From the IMG/VR virus record IMGVR_UViG_3300027563_000002, positions 1-64,000 of that record: a DNA stretch of 64,000 nt; one strand, given 5' to 3'. This DNA is from a virus. Taxonomy: Duplodnaviria; Caudoviricetes. How positions within the stretch are numbered: position 1 is the first letter of the stretch; every line of letters starts with the position of its first letter. Positions 1 through 8,202 of this stretch are shown in pieces. The notes under the pieces are model-generated. The model worked only from the letters and a program-made list of their open reading frames with translations, ran no database searches and was not told the origin of the DNA. A program made the position numbers and the translations under genes.

Positions 1-189
1 CTCAGGTTTTTCACGCCAGGTTTGAATGTATGCCTCTTTGACGTCGTGGGCCAATGCCCGGGCAAATTTCTTACTCTGCATGATCTTTTGCATCTTGCGG
101 GCGTCAACGATTTCAACGCCTGGCAGATTTTCAAACACTGTTTGCAGTTCTTTTTCCGAGAATTCAATGGTCACTGTGATCTTGTTCAT
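1..189 (-). CDS. hypothetical early protein (runs off window edge)
   Basis: ATG at 189 (MNKITVTIEFSEKELQ...), AGGAG SD and sigma70 promoter upstream; frame open to position 1. Confidence 0.7.
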   Translation of the reverse strand, partial: MNKITVTIEFSEKELQTVFENLPGVEIVDARKMQKIMQSKKFARALAHDVKEAYIQTWREKPE

Positions 190-219
190 TGCGAGCTCCT
201 TTTTGCTTTGTATGCCATT

Positions 220-248
220 ATTATAGCAAATTGGGAATTTCCGGTCAA
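220..248 (-). promoter_or_regulatory. sigma70-type promoter TTGACC-17-TATAAT
   Basis: near-consensus hexamers with 17-bp spacer. Confidence 0.8.
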
Positions 249-300
249 GAAAAACCCTGCATCAAGCAGGGTTATAAAAGGTAATACTTGAGTATTAGTG

Positions 301-918
301 TTAATCCACATGGTGCTCGGTCTTGAAATTGCCATTTTTGAACCCAATCTCTCCACCTTCTGCCTCAATGCGCCGGTACACATCTTCCAACAAGATGGGT
401 GCAAAGTCGGTCTGTTCCACACACACGCAATGGTACCGGGGATCAATTTCAGTGCCGTACAACACTTCGCCGGACCGGGCATCAACACCACGAGCACGTT
501 TCACGCGACTGGCATGCAAGTGTCCGTGAATGTTGGTACCAAAGCGACCCAACGAGGCCTCATGCACAGGAATATGACTCAAGATCATGCCGTTCATCAC
601 ATGGTATGCCCGCAACTCACGAAAGTATTCGCGATACTCCACATCCGGAAAGATGTCATGGTTGCCACGGATCAACACCTTGTCGCCGTTCAACCTGGCC
701 AATGTCTTCAAGGCCCGGCGGTTGATAACAACGTCACCCAAGTGATACACCTTGTCACTAGGCCGTACACGATCGTTCCATCGGCGGATCATTTCCTCGT
801 CCATTTCCGCAGGGTCATCCCAGGGACGCAACTTCACAGTGGGGTCGTCGGGATGACTAAAGCGACACACACCCACATGGCCAAAATGCGTGTCACTGAC
901 TAAAAATACAGCTGGCAT
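301..918 (-). CDS. calcineurin-like metallophosphoesterase
   Basis: SDTHFGH, LGD, GNHD, HGHLH motifs. Confidence 0.9.
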   Translation of the reverse strand: MPAVFLVSDTHFGHVGVCRFSHPDDPTVKLRPWDDPAEMDEEMIRRWNDRVRPSDKVYHLGDVVINRRALKTLARLNGDKVLIRGNHDIFPDVEYREYFRELRAYHVMNGMILSHIPVHEASLGRFGTNIHGHLHASRVKRARGVDARSGEVLYGTEIDPRYHCVCVEQTDFAPILLEDVYRRIEAEGGEIGFKNGNFKTEHHVD

Positions 919-944
919 ACGCCCTTCCTTTCTTTCTTTTTGTA

Positions 945-973
945 ATTATAGCACAAGGAGCAATTCGGGTCAA
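945..973 (-). promoter_or_regulatory. sigma70-type promoter TTGACC-17-TATAAT
   Basis: near-consensus, directly upstream of the phosphoesterase gene. Confidence 0.8.
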
Positions 974-994
974 GTAATACCTGAGTATTACAAT

Positions 995-2068
995 TTAATA
1001 TGTGTAGAATTCTTCTGTGCGTTCCGGAAATAAATCAACCCGGGTATCTTGTCTGCGTATGTCCAGGGTCAAACAATGTAGGCCACCGTCCCAGAATGTG
1101 CGTGTTCTAAATGGCAATGCATGTGCTGTAATTCCATGACATTCTAGTTTGCGAAATACGCCTTCGTTTTGGCCCAGCATCAGTACATTATGCTCATCAA
1201 TTACCAAACAATTGACTTCAAAGTAAGTTTCTGTGTAGTCACCAATCCAGTCTTTGGCATGTGCAATCACATGCTCGTTGAATTTTGCTGACTCAGTGAC
1301 GCCAGGCAAATACCACTTGCCGTTATGGCTGGCACCTTTTTTCCAGTGAAGATTGTGCTTGAAAAACTCTGGTTGATTTATGTTGATGCACTCCCAGCCA
1401 GGAAATGTGCGGTCATAATCTGAAAAATACTTGCTGGTCAGCAGCACTCCGGGTTTGAGCACGGCAAAACACCCGTCCACATGCCCGCCATTGTTCAATA
1501 GATGCAACCGATAGTCTTTGAATATATCCTTAAGGATATTGATATCACCAACATCTTCTTTAGAGTATGCAGTGTCTAGATAAAGATCACGCCCGGCACG
1601 TACGGTATATGAACCGCATATATGAGTGGCCACAGGAACATCATCACGGTTGACAATGCAACTGCCGGGATCCTGTGAGTAGTCGGAAATGGCATCGGCC
1701 CAGGATTGGTAATACCGAGAGGATCCGTACAATGTGTTACCAAAAACTAAAAAATGATCACGTGGTGTGATCATGGGCTTGTGCAATTGCCCTGCACTGG
1801 TGGGATGGCTAGGGTGGTACAAAAAATTTTCAATGCGATCATATTGAGGTCTGCGTACTTGAACACCAAACTCTTCAAGTTTGCGCTGTATCACTGCTAG
1901 ATCTTCTTGAGTTTTTTCTGTAATTTCATAAAAGATATCACGTACTTCTGATTCCAAATGATCATAGAAATGTGCAGGATAACAATCGCCCAGCCAGACT
2001 TCTTCCAGGCGCCCCCAATTGGTGTAGCTGTTTACTCTGGGGGTAGACGAAAAATTTGATGTAGTCAT
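995..2068 (-). CDS. amidinotransferase (glycine/inosamine-phosphate amidinotransferase family)
   Basis: VNSxxxWxxLEEVWLG N-terminus, PRD, HVDG, C-terminal GGLHCLT catalytic Cys motif. Confidence 0.85.
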   Translation of the reverse strand: MTTSNFSSTPRVNSYTNWGRLEEVWLGDCYPAHFYDHLESEVRDIFYEITEKTQEDLAVIQRKLEEFGVQVRRPQYDRIENFLYHPSHPTSAGQLHKPMITPRDHFLVFGNTLYGSSRYYQSWADAISDYSQDPGSCIVNRDDVPVATHICGSYTVRAGRDLYLDTAYSKEDVGDINILKDIFKDYRLHLLNNGGHVDGCFAVLKPGVLLTSKYFSDYDRTFPGWECININQPEFFKHNLHWKKGASHNGKWYLPGVTESAKFNEHVIAHAKDWIGDYTETYFEVNCLVIDEHNVLMLGQNEGVFRKLECHGITAHALPFRTRTFWDGGLHCLTLDIRRQDTRVDLFPERTEEFYTY

Positions 2069-2118
2069 AATTTTGTATATTTAAATTATTTAACAATTTG
2101 GGAATCATTGGTCAAGTG

Positions 2119-2589
2119 CTACTTGGCAGTTACTTCCAACCAGGTATGGTCGCCCATGTACCGGACCTGTGCCTGGTACTCGTAGTCTTTGGGCGCACTG
2201 CTGGACCAGTCATCGGGACCATGCGGGGTCAGCAGGGTGTGTTGTCGTCGTCGATCCCAGGCCAACCAATATGTTTTGCCCATCACAGGACTGAATTGGT
2301 ACACTGCCGCATGCACGAGATCTGTAATGTCCAGTCTACGTCGAATGTCGTCTGCTTGCTGTTGCAACACACTAACCAGTTGCATAATTCGATCATACTC
2401 TTGCTGGGCATACATCCTGGCATGATTGATCATGAGGTCTTTTTGACTCTCAACAGGCACTAGATCAAAGGCAGGACCCAGTGTGCTGGTGGCATAGGGC
2501 GTGACATTGCGATTGAAAAAATGCACCAAGGTGTTGCCAGTTGCCACATCAAAGCTGTCGCGACCCTTGGCGCTGTTGCTTTCTTCCAC
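2119..2589 (-). CDS. DUF2452-like hypothetical protein
   Basis: coiled coil then F.PV.GKTY.L motif; coupled to neighbours. Confidence 0.6.
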   Translation of the reverse strand: MEESNSAKGRDSFDVATGNTLVHFFNRNVTPYATSTLGPAFDLVPVESQKDLMINHARMYAQQEYDRIMQLVSVLQQQADDIRRRLDITDLVHAAVYQFSPVMGKTYWLAWDRRRQHTLLTPHGPDDWSSSAPKDYEYQAQVRYMGDHTWLEVTAK

Positions 2590-2591
2590 AA

Positions 2592-2855
2592 TTAGAAAGG
2601 TTGTTTGTTGCGTCTACGTGGCTGAACTTCTGTTTCACGATAGATATAGTCCCGACCAACTTTGCCAGCTTCAATCTCCAGCAAGGCTGTGACTGCCGGA
2701 CTGTGTGGAAATTTTAGATCAATCTTGGGCAGGTCTCCTCGACTGAGTTCTCTCATGCGGCGAGCTCCAGCCAAGATCAAGTCGTATCTGTTGCCGATCA
2801 TGGCCACTGCTGTTTCTGAGTCGAGTCCAGCTGTTCTGTTTGATGGGTGTTTCAT
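2592..2855 (-). CDS. rpoZ: RNA polymerase omega subunit homolog
   Basis: NRYDLILAGARRMREL and PAVTALLEIEAGKV match RpoZ conserved blocks. Confidence 0.85.
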   Translation of the reverse strand: MKHPSNRTAGLDSETAVAMIGNRYDLILAGARRMRELSRGDLPKIDLKFPHSPAVTALLEIEAGKVGRDYIYRETEVQPRRRNKQPF

Positions 2856-3163
2856 GGTTCTTCCTTGGTTGATAATCCGTTTGAATGTCGATCTGTTGTC
2901 TTGTCCAGGTCTTGGAACAGGCGCTTTTCTTGCTGTGTCAATCTATCTTTGTGTGTCTTGCGTGGATTGCCACATAGGTAGCACTGCGAATTACCACAGT
3001 CCATGGCGCGACGTTTATGCAATCTATGTGGTTGTTTTATGTCCGGTCCCGGTGTCAATGCTGGGTGGTGACTGGCCACGGCAATTTTGAGCTGTCTAGC
3101 TATTGCTACATCTTTCTTATGTCGTCGTCGGCTGTTGACAAATCGGGCTAGTTCGTTGCTCAT
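2852..3163 (-). CDS. hypothetical protein with CxxxxCxxC motif
   Basis: 4-bp overlaps with both neighbours. Confidence 0.65.
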   Translation of the reverse strand: MSNELARFVNSRRRHKKDVAIARQLKIAVASHHPALTPGPDIKQPHRLHKRRAMDCGNSQCYLCGNPRKTHKDRLTQQEKRLFQDLDKTTDRHSNGLSTKEEP

Positions 3164-3342
3164 CCACCACGTCCCACTGCTCGTTGCACTGGTCTGCCTG
3201 CTACTATAGGAGTGCTGGGTTTTTTAGATTTGCCACTTTTGCTGGTTTTGGTTTTGGCATCAGGATGAGCAGCGGCCTGTTTCTTGGCCAGTGCGTCTTT
3301 CAATGCATCGGTAAATTTTTTGGGTTCAGTTTGATTGGTCAT
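3160..3342 (-). CDS. small basic hypothetical protein
   Basis: start moved to MTNQTEP at 3342, which follows TTGACA-17-TATACT (3368-3396) and a TAAATA motif. Confidence 0.65.
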   Translation of the reverse strand: MTNQTEPKKFTDALKDALAKKQAAAHPDAKTKTSKSGKSKKPSTPIVAGRPVQRAVGRGG

Positions 3343-3397
3343 ACTGTTATTTACATCCTTAATATACAGTATAACAAAGATCAGCGGCGGTGTCAAG

Positions 3398-3424
3398 ACA
3401 AAAGGCCCGAAGGCCCTTTTGTTT
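3398..3424 (-). terminator. intrinsic terminator after rubrerythrin
   Basis: GGCC-TTCG-GGCC hairpin followed by T tract. Confidence 0.75.
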
Positions 3425-3862
3425 TTACTGTGTTTCTTTATGTGCAGCCAAGGCCTTGGTAAAGCGGTTGGCATGTGAACGTTCTGCTTTGGCCAGGGTC
3501 TCAAACCAATCAGCAATTTCGTCATGACCTTCATCACGGGCTGTTTTGGCCATACCAGGATACATGTCAGTGTATTCATGTGTTTCACCATGAATAGCTG
3601 ATTCCAAAGCTTCGGTAGTGGTTTTGGCACTCATACCTGTACCTGGGTCACCGGAACCACCTTCGATCAGATATTCCATGTGACCATGTGCGTGTCCAGT
3701 TTCACCTTCGGCAGTGCTGCGAAACAAAGCAGCAATGTCGTTGTCACCAGCTACATCGGCCATGTTTGCAAAATACAAGTAACGACGATTGGCCTGGCTT
3801 TCACCAGCAAATGCTTCTTTCAAATTCAATTCGGTTTTAGTTCCTTTTACGGATTGTGTCAT
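3425..3862 (-). CDS. rubrerythrin family protein
   Basis: NLKEAFAGESQANRRY, EGETGHA, ETHEYTDMYP, AERSH di-iron motifs. Confidence 0.95.
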   Translation of the reverse strand: MTQSVKGTKTELNLKEAFAGESQANRRYLYFANMADVAGDNDIAALFRSTAEGETGHAHGHMEYLIEGGSGDPGTGMSAKTTTEALESAIHGETHEYTDMYPGMAKTARDEGHDEIADWFETLAKAERSHANRFTKALAAHKETQ

Positions 3863-3966
3863 GGGTTCCTCCTATTAGTGACATCACTAGTATATAGTAT
3901 TTCTATGTCACTGGTCAAGGCATTTTGCCATTGTATTTTTTAATGTCAATGTTTGAAGTTTTCTAT

Positions 3967-4041
3967 TGGTCGGCCCTGACGGGATCGAACCGCCACCGCT
4001 TGTTTCGAAGACAAGCATGATATCCATTTCACCAAGGGCCG
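3967..4041 (-). tRNA. tRNA-Arg(TCG)
   Basis: cloverleaf, anticodon loop CT-TCG-AA, encoded CCA. Confidence 0.9.
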
Positions 4042-4059
4042 GTGTTTGCTAAGTAACGT

Positions 4060-4761
4060 ATGACTGAACTATTATACACCTTGATTGCAACACATATCAC
4101 CATTGTTGCTGTCACACTGTTCCTGCACAGAAGCCAAGCACATCGCAGCGTACAGTTTCATCCTGCGGTGGCACACTTTTTTAGATTTTGGTTGTGGCTC
4201 ACAACTGGCATGGTCACAAAGCAATGGGTAGCTGTGCATCGCAAGCATCATAGATTCAGTGATGTAGAAGGTGATCCACATAGCCCACATGTGTATGGAA
4301 TCAAAAGAGTCTTTTTCAAAGGAGCAATGCTATATCATGCGGCATCAAAAGATAAAGTCATGGTTGATACATATGGTGTTGGTACTCCTGCTGATTGGAT
4401 TGAGCACAACTTATACAGTGCTCACTCCAGACTTGGCATTGGCATTCTCCTTGTGCTCAACACTTTGATATTTGGCTGGTGGGGTATTGTGATCTGGGCT
4501 ATACAAATGATATGGATACCATTCTGGGCTGCAGGTGTTGTGAATGGTGTGGCACACTGGTGGGGATATCGCAATGGCAAAACCAAAGATCAAAGTCGAA
4601 ATATCATGCCTTGGGGCATTGTGATCGGCGGCGAAGAACTACACAACAATCATCATCTTGATCCTGCCAGTGCTCGACTCAGCAGACGCTGGTGGGAGTT
4701 TGATATTGGATACATGTACATACGCATGCTTGGCGCTTTGCGTTTGGCCACTGTGAAATAA
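4060..4761 (+). CDS. delta-9 type fatty acid desaturase
   Basis: three His boxes HRSQAH, HRKHH, HNNHH; TM helices. Confidence 0.95.
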   Translation: MTELLYTLIATHITIVAVTLFLHRSQAHRSVQFHPAVAHFFRFWLWLTTGMVTKQWVAVHRKHHRFSDVEGDPHSPHVYGIKRVFFKGAMLYHAASKDKVMVDTYGVGTPADWIEHNLYSAHSRLGIGILLVLNTLIFGWWGIVIWAIQMIWIPFWAAGVVNGVAHWWGYRNGKTKDQSRNIMPWGIVIGGEELHNNHHLDPASARLSRRWWEFDIGYMYIRMLGALRLATVK

Positions 4762-4762
4762 C

Positions 4763-4836
4763 TGGTGCTCAAGTACAGAATCGAACTGTCGATTAATCCT
4801 TACCATGGATTCGTTATACCACTTAACTACAAGAGC
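4763..4836 (-). tRNA. tRNA-Thr(GGT)
   Basis: cloverleaf, AT-GGT-AA, CCA. Confidence 0.85.
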
Positions 4837-4840
4837 TGTT

Positions 4841-4915
4841 TGGAGCGGATGACGAGGATCGAACTCGTGACTTAACTTTGGCAAAGTTATGTGTTACCAT
4901 TAGCACCACACCCGC
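4841..4915 (-). tRNA. tRNA-Gly(GCC)
   Basis: cloverleaf, TT-GCC-AA, U73, CCA. Confidence 0.9.
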
Positions 4916-4921
4916 AATATC

Positions 4922-5392
4922 TTACGCCGCCCGCAGACCTTTGAAACGATCTGCGGCATAGCTGGCTGCAAAAGCCTCAGGCTTCACAAAAGGAATCACA
5001 TTGCATGTGCCTTTGATGTAGCCAATGGCCTGTGAAATCACACAGCTGGAACCATGCATTTCGTTGGGGTTGATGTCCAAGTGAACTTCAACATCACGCC
5101 CTTCCAGCACTTCGGCCAATTTCAAATACAGTTCTGAAACTTTGTAAACTTCAGTCATGAGTCTCATGGCCGGCTTTGATGCTTTTTGGTCCCACACACG
5201 TTCACGATGTACTTCGCCAAACAGTTTGCAACCGTTGTTGCCGTTGATGTGAACCACAACAGCCAACACATAGTCTGCCCACCATGCACCGTCAATTTTG
5301 ATGCGTTCTGAGTCGCATCCAAGGTAGATGCGTGTTTCTGGGCTTTGAGCCCGGATGAATTTGGCCACTTGGTCAATATCAAGTTTTTTCAT
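4922..5392 (-). CDS. RNase H-like YkuK (DUF458) family protein
   Basis: IYLGCDS, RLMTEV, EVHLDIN, AFAASYAAD motifs. Confidence 0.85.
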   Translation of the reverse strand: MKKLDIDQVAKFIRAQSPETRIYLGCDSERIKIDGAWWADYVLAVVVHINGNNGCKLFGEVHRERVWDQKASKPAMRLMTEVYKVSELYLKLAEVLEGRDVEVHLDINPNEMHGSSCVISQAIGYIKGTCNVIPFVKPEAFAASYAADRFKGLRAA

Positions 5393-5424
5393 ATGCACTT
5401 TCAAAATTATTTATGTTTGACTAA

Positions 5425-5501
5425 TGGTGCCCCAGAGGAGACTCGAACTCCTAAAATTTGGTTTCTAAGACCAACACGTATACCAATTCCGTCACCGGGG
5501 C
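5425..5501 (-). tRNA. tRNA-Leu(TAG), short variable loop
   Basis: CT-TAG-AA; 77 nt; no long variable arm. Confidence 0.85.
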
Positions 5502-5634
5502 GTTAAATACAATATGATTCCAGTATTTAAAGATCAATCCAAAATAGAAGTACTCTTTGAAATTTTTTCCAATCAACCATATGTGCCACGGGCGTATTGG
5601 ACCAACAATCGAGGATTTGAATTAGACTCATTAT

Positions 5635-5710
5635 TGGTGCCTCCTCCAGGTTCCGACCCTGGTTCCCCGGATTTTCAATCCGGTGCTATGACCACATCAG
5701 CTAAAGAGGC
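5635..5710 (-). tRNA. tRNA-Phe(GAA)
   Basis: TT-GAA-AA; atypical T-loop GTCGGAA. Confidence 0.85.
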
Positions 5711-5715
5711 ATGTT

Positions 5716-5790
5716 TGGTACCTTGTGACGGGATCGAACCGCCGACATTCGCCGTGTAAAGGCGCTACTCTACCGCTGAGTTAACAAGGC
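5716..5790 (-). tRNA. tRNA-Val(TAC)
   Basis: TT-TAC-AC, CCA. Confidence 0.9.
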
Positions 5791-5795
5791 ATATT

Positions 5796-5887
5796 TGGCG
5801 GAAGACGGAGGAGTCGAACCCCATCCCTGTTAAGAGAACCTGGTTTTCAAGGCCAGTCGCAGGACCAACCCCGCTGCATCATCTTCC
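5796..5887 (-). tRNA. tRNA-Ser(TGA), probable 8/4 fold
   Basis: CT-TGA-AA, long variable arm, G73, 8-bp acceptor and 4-bp T stem. Confidence 0.85.
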
Positions 5888-5897
5888 TTGGATTTAA

Positions 5898-6290
5898 TTA
5901 TTGTTGACTCAAACAGTTTGGACACAAAAAATCAACATTGCCCTGAGCAAAATTCTTTTGATTGCCGTCCTGATGAAACAGTTGTAGTTTCAATGGCCTG
6001 CTGTTGTAATCAGCAATGCCGCAACAAACACATTTGTAGTCTCTTTTTCTAACCGGTATACTTTTTACTGCCTGATCAGTGGGAATATCACTGTTGTGTT
6101 TAACGAATGTGCCGTCTGAGTGCTGTTTGAGTCTTTGTTCTACAGTCAGTTCTTTGAAAGTTTTTTGTAACAATCTTGCTGATTCAGATGTAGAACAATG
6201 CAAACTGCAATACCCTGGAGTGGATTTTTCTTGTGATCTGTTGTATGCAGACCGGCAATGTTGACAATAATATTGATTGTATCTATACAT
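5898..6290 (-). CDS. HNH-like Zn-finger endonuclease
   Basis: CxxC, CSxxC, CVCC...HQDGN..N...N...LCPNC. Confidence 0.7.
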   Translation of the reverse strand: MYRYNQYYCQHCRSAYNRSQEKSTPGYCSLHCSTSESARLLQKTFKELTVEQRLKQHSDGTFVKHNSDIPTDQAVKSIPVRKRDYKCVCCGIADYNSRPLKLQLFHQDGNQKNFAQGNVDFLCPNCLSQQ

Positions 6291-6308
6291 GTTTTATTTA
6301 TGTAACAA

Positions 6309-6563
6309 TCAAGATCGGTTCTGCTGAGTCCGTAATCGCATGCCCACCCAGGTACCCAAAAATGCACCTAGTCCTGCAGGGATCAGCAACCATGAATTTG
6401 TTGTGTAGTTGATCACTGCCACACAGGCCATCACAAACACCACAGTGGCCCACAAACTGGCAGCCATCACCTGTTCATGTTGCACTGCTCGCAGGTAGTA
6501 GGTGTAAAAGATATCTGTGAAGAACACAGCAAAAAAGGTCACAACATATTCCCACATGGGCAC
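6309..6563 (-). CDS. small membrane protein
   Basis: three hydrophobic helices. Confidence 0.65.
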   Translation of the reverse strand: MPMWEYVVTFFAVFFTDIFYTYYLRAVQHEQVMAASLWATVVFVMACVAVINYTTNSWLLIPAGLGAFLGTWVGMRLRTQQNRS

Positions 6564-6572
6564 TTTCTATTT

Positions 6573-6650
6573 TGGAGCAACGGGTGAGATTCGAACTCAC
6601 GGTTTTTGGGATTTGCAATCCCATGCGTTGGACCTCTCCGCCACCGTTGC
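6573..6650 (-). tRNA. tRNA-Cys(GCA)
   Basis: TT-GCA-AA, U73, CCA. Confidence 0.9.
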
Positions 6651-6656
6651 ATCGCT

Positions 6657-6730
6657 TGGTCTCCGATGCAAGAATCGAACTTGCGCCACATGGTCCCAAA
6701 CCATGAATGATACCATTTCACCAATCGGAG
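6657..6730 (-). tRNA. tRNA-Pro(TGG)
   Basis: TT-TGG-GA, C1-G72, CCA. Confidence 0.9.
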
Positions 6731-6740
6731 TAAAAAATTA

Positions 6741-6800
6741 GACCGCAAGTGCAAGTGACCTACGCCGGCAGGCTTTGCCTAGCGGGTATTACTTGCGGTC
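6741..6800 (-). ncRNA. putative small structured RNA between tRNAs
   Basis: perfect 10-bp terminal inverted repeat GACCGCAAGT/ACTTGCGGTC. Confidence 0.4.
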
Positions 6801-6804
6801 CAAA

Positions 6805-6878
6805 TGGAGCGGCGTGCGAGAATCGAACTCGCGACTTTAGCTTGGAAGGCTAAGGTAATACCATTTTACGAACGCCGC
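6805..6878 (-). tRNA. tRNA-Gly(TCC)
   Basis: CT-TCC-AA, CCA. Confidence 0.9.
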
Positions 6879-6888
6879 GTATGCAATA

Positions 6889-6917
6889 ATTATACAACAA
6901 ACATCACAGTTTGTCTA
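6889..6917 (-). promoter_or_regulatory. possible internal promoter TAGACA-17-TATAAT
   Basis: hexamers with 17-bp spacer just upstream of tRNA-Gly(TCC). Confidence 0.55.
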
Positions 6918-6924
6918 TTGTGTC

Positions 6925-7001
6925 TGGCAGGAGATATAGGATTCGAACCTATGCGTGTCGGAATCAAAATCCGATGCCTTAACCAACTTGGCGAATCTCC
7001 A
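6925..7001 (-). tRNA. tRNA-Gln(TTG)
   Basis: TT-TTG-AT, G73, CCA. Confidence 0.9.
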
Positions 7002-7008
7002 ACTGAAC

Positions 7009-7083
7009 TGGTAGCCACGGTTGGGAACGATCCAACGGCCCTTCGCTTATCAAGCGAATGCTCTACCACTGAGCTACGCGGCT
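7009..7083 (-). tRNA. tRNA-Ile(GAT)
   Basis: TT-GAT-AA; T-loop ATCGTTC. Confidence 0.88.
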
Positions 7084-7089
7084 AAAATT

Positions 7090-7165
7090 TGGTGGTAATA
7101 GTTGGACTCGAACCAACGGTAGGTTGCGTATGAAGCAACTGCATTAGCCACTATGCTATATTACC
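7090..7165 (-). tRNA. tRNA-Met(CAT), elongator type
   Basis: TT-CAT-AC, paired 1-72; Met vs Ile2 identity is inferred. Confidence 0.8.
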
Positions 7166-7243
7166 ATATAGAAACACACTTTATGCTTTGGGAACGACAT
7201 TGCTGTCGAGCAACCATCAACGGGTACGAAATGTGTTTTTATA
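7166..7243 (-). ncRNA. long-stem inter-tRNA element
   Basis: TATAAAAACACA...TGTGTTTCTATA terminal stem filling the whole spacer. Confidence 0.45.
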
Positions 7244-7317
7244 TGGTAGGGGTGTTCGGGAACGATCCGAATTTTACCGGTTAAAAGCCGGTTACTTCAC
7301 CTTAAAGTTTCACCCCC
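7244..7317 (-). tRNA. tRNA-Lys(TTT)
   Basis: CT-TTT-AA; T-loop ATCGTTC. Confidence 0.85.
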
Positions 7318-7370
7318 ATAGGTTTGCCATTCTTGTCACAGGTCATGACAGATCTCCTTTATAAAAAATT

Positions 7371-7444
7371 TGGTGCCCCACGACAGAATCGAACTGCCAT
7401 CACAGGATTACAAAACCAGTGTAATGCCATTATACTAGTAGGGC
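7371..7444 (-). tRNA. tRNA-Thr(TGT)
   Basis: TT-TGT-AA; two mismatches in anticodon stem. Confidence 0.8.
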
Positions 7445-7449
7445 GTGTT

Positions 7450-7525
7450 TGGCTCCTCAGGCTGGGCACGATCCAGCGACCAACAGATTAACAGTCTGCT
7501 ACTCTACCAACTGAGCTACTGAGGA
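7450..7525 (-). tRNA. tRNA-Asn(GTT)
   Basis: CT-GTT-AA, G73; T-loop ATCGTGC. Confidence 0.9.
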
Positions 7526-7532
7526 ATGAATT

Positions 7533-7691
7533 TTAGTCTTTTGGTTTTTCTCTTCGGACGCTGACTTCTGAACTGAGTTGTGCGTCGATCATCATGCGTT
7601 TGAATTGGTTGCGTCCTTCAGCAGGTCCGCCCATCAAGGCCTTCATGCGCTTGACTGTTTTACTGAGTCTAAATGTTTTGGTAGGTTTCAT
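7533..7691 (-). CDS. 52-aa basic hypothetical protein (not in ORF track)
   Basis: AAGGA SD; MKPTKTFRLSKTVKRMKALMGG...EKPKD*. Confidence 0.6.
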   Translation of the reverse strand: MKPTKTFRLSKTVKRMKALMGGPAEGRNQFKRMMIDAQLSSEVSVRREKPKD

Positions 7692-7706
7692 AAAATTCCT
7701 TATCTT

Positions 7707-7796
7707 TGGCGGAACGTTAGGGAGTCGAACCCTATCAGCGGCTCGTCACCACCGCGGGATTAGCAATCCCGTGCCTTACCATCCGGCCCACGTTCC
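7707..7796 (-). tRNA. tRNA-Ser(GCT)
   Basis: TT-GCT-AA, long variable arm, canonical 7/5. Confidence 0.9.
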
Positions 7797-7818
7797 TTGA
7801 AAATACTTATACCAACTG

Positions 7819-7893
7819 TGGTGGAGGGTAAGGGAATCGAACCCTTAACTCATGCTTGCAAAGCACATGTGTTCCCGTTAGCACCAACCCCCC
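7819..7893 (-). tRNA. tRNA-Ala(TGC)
   Basis: TT-TGC-AA, G3-U70. Confidence 0.9.
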
Positions 7894-7899
7894 ATGTCA

Positions 7900-7973
7900 T
7901 GGCATCCCGGGAGGGACTCGAACCCCCACAAACGGTTTTGGAGACCGCTATGCTGCCATTACACCACCGAGAC
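7900..7973 (-). tRNA. tRNA-Trp(CCA)
   Basis: CT-CCA-AA, G73. Confidence 0.9.
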
Positions 7974-8002
7974 AAATTTCTAACACACTGAAACCAGTGT
8001 GT

Positions 8003-8063
8003 GTATCAAAGCATTCTTCATGGATGAACCCACTTGCCCTAAGGCCCGAGAATGCTTTGATAC
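8003..8063 (-). ncRNA. long-stem element upstream of tRNA array A
   Basis: perfect 15-bp IR GTATCAAAGCATTCT/AGAATGCTTTGATAC. Confidence 0.45.
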
Positions 8064-8169
8064 TCCGGAATTTTACCATCAGCGTTTTCACCACTGACTT
8101 CCCATCCTCCGGGCCGCCCACATTTGTAGTTTAGAGTGATACAGGCTCGCGTTGCCATTGCACTTAATG

Positions 8170-8202
8170 AAAAACCCCGGAGTGTTCAGTTCCGGGGTTC
8201 TT
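8170..8202 (-). terminator. attenuator terminator of tRNA array A
   Basis: AAGAACCCCGGA-9nt-TCCGGGGTTTTT hairpin with U tract. Confidence 0.85.

Noticed and set aside
298-903. Long antisense ORFs opposite real genes (also e.g. 29617-30129, 38991-39506, 55985-56686)
   Set aside because: No motifs or SD; explained by codon bias on the coding strand.
5514-5759. Plus-strand 81-aa ORF after a TAAATA motif
   Set aside because: Its second half is antisense to tRNA-Phe and tRNA-Val; at most a gene remnant.
5796-5887. selC (tRNA-Sec), suggested by GGAAGAT...TCTTCCGCCA ends
   Set aside because: Anticodon is TGA (Ser), not TCA; the fold is 8/4 rather than 8/5.
6475-8134. ORF-track entries overlapping tRNA genes (also 13715-13960, 14807-15145, 16915-17268)
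   Set aside because: Shadow ORFs of tRNA sequences.
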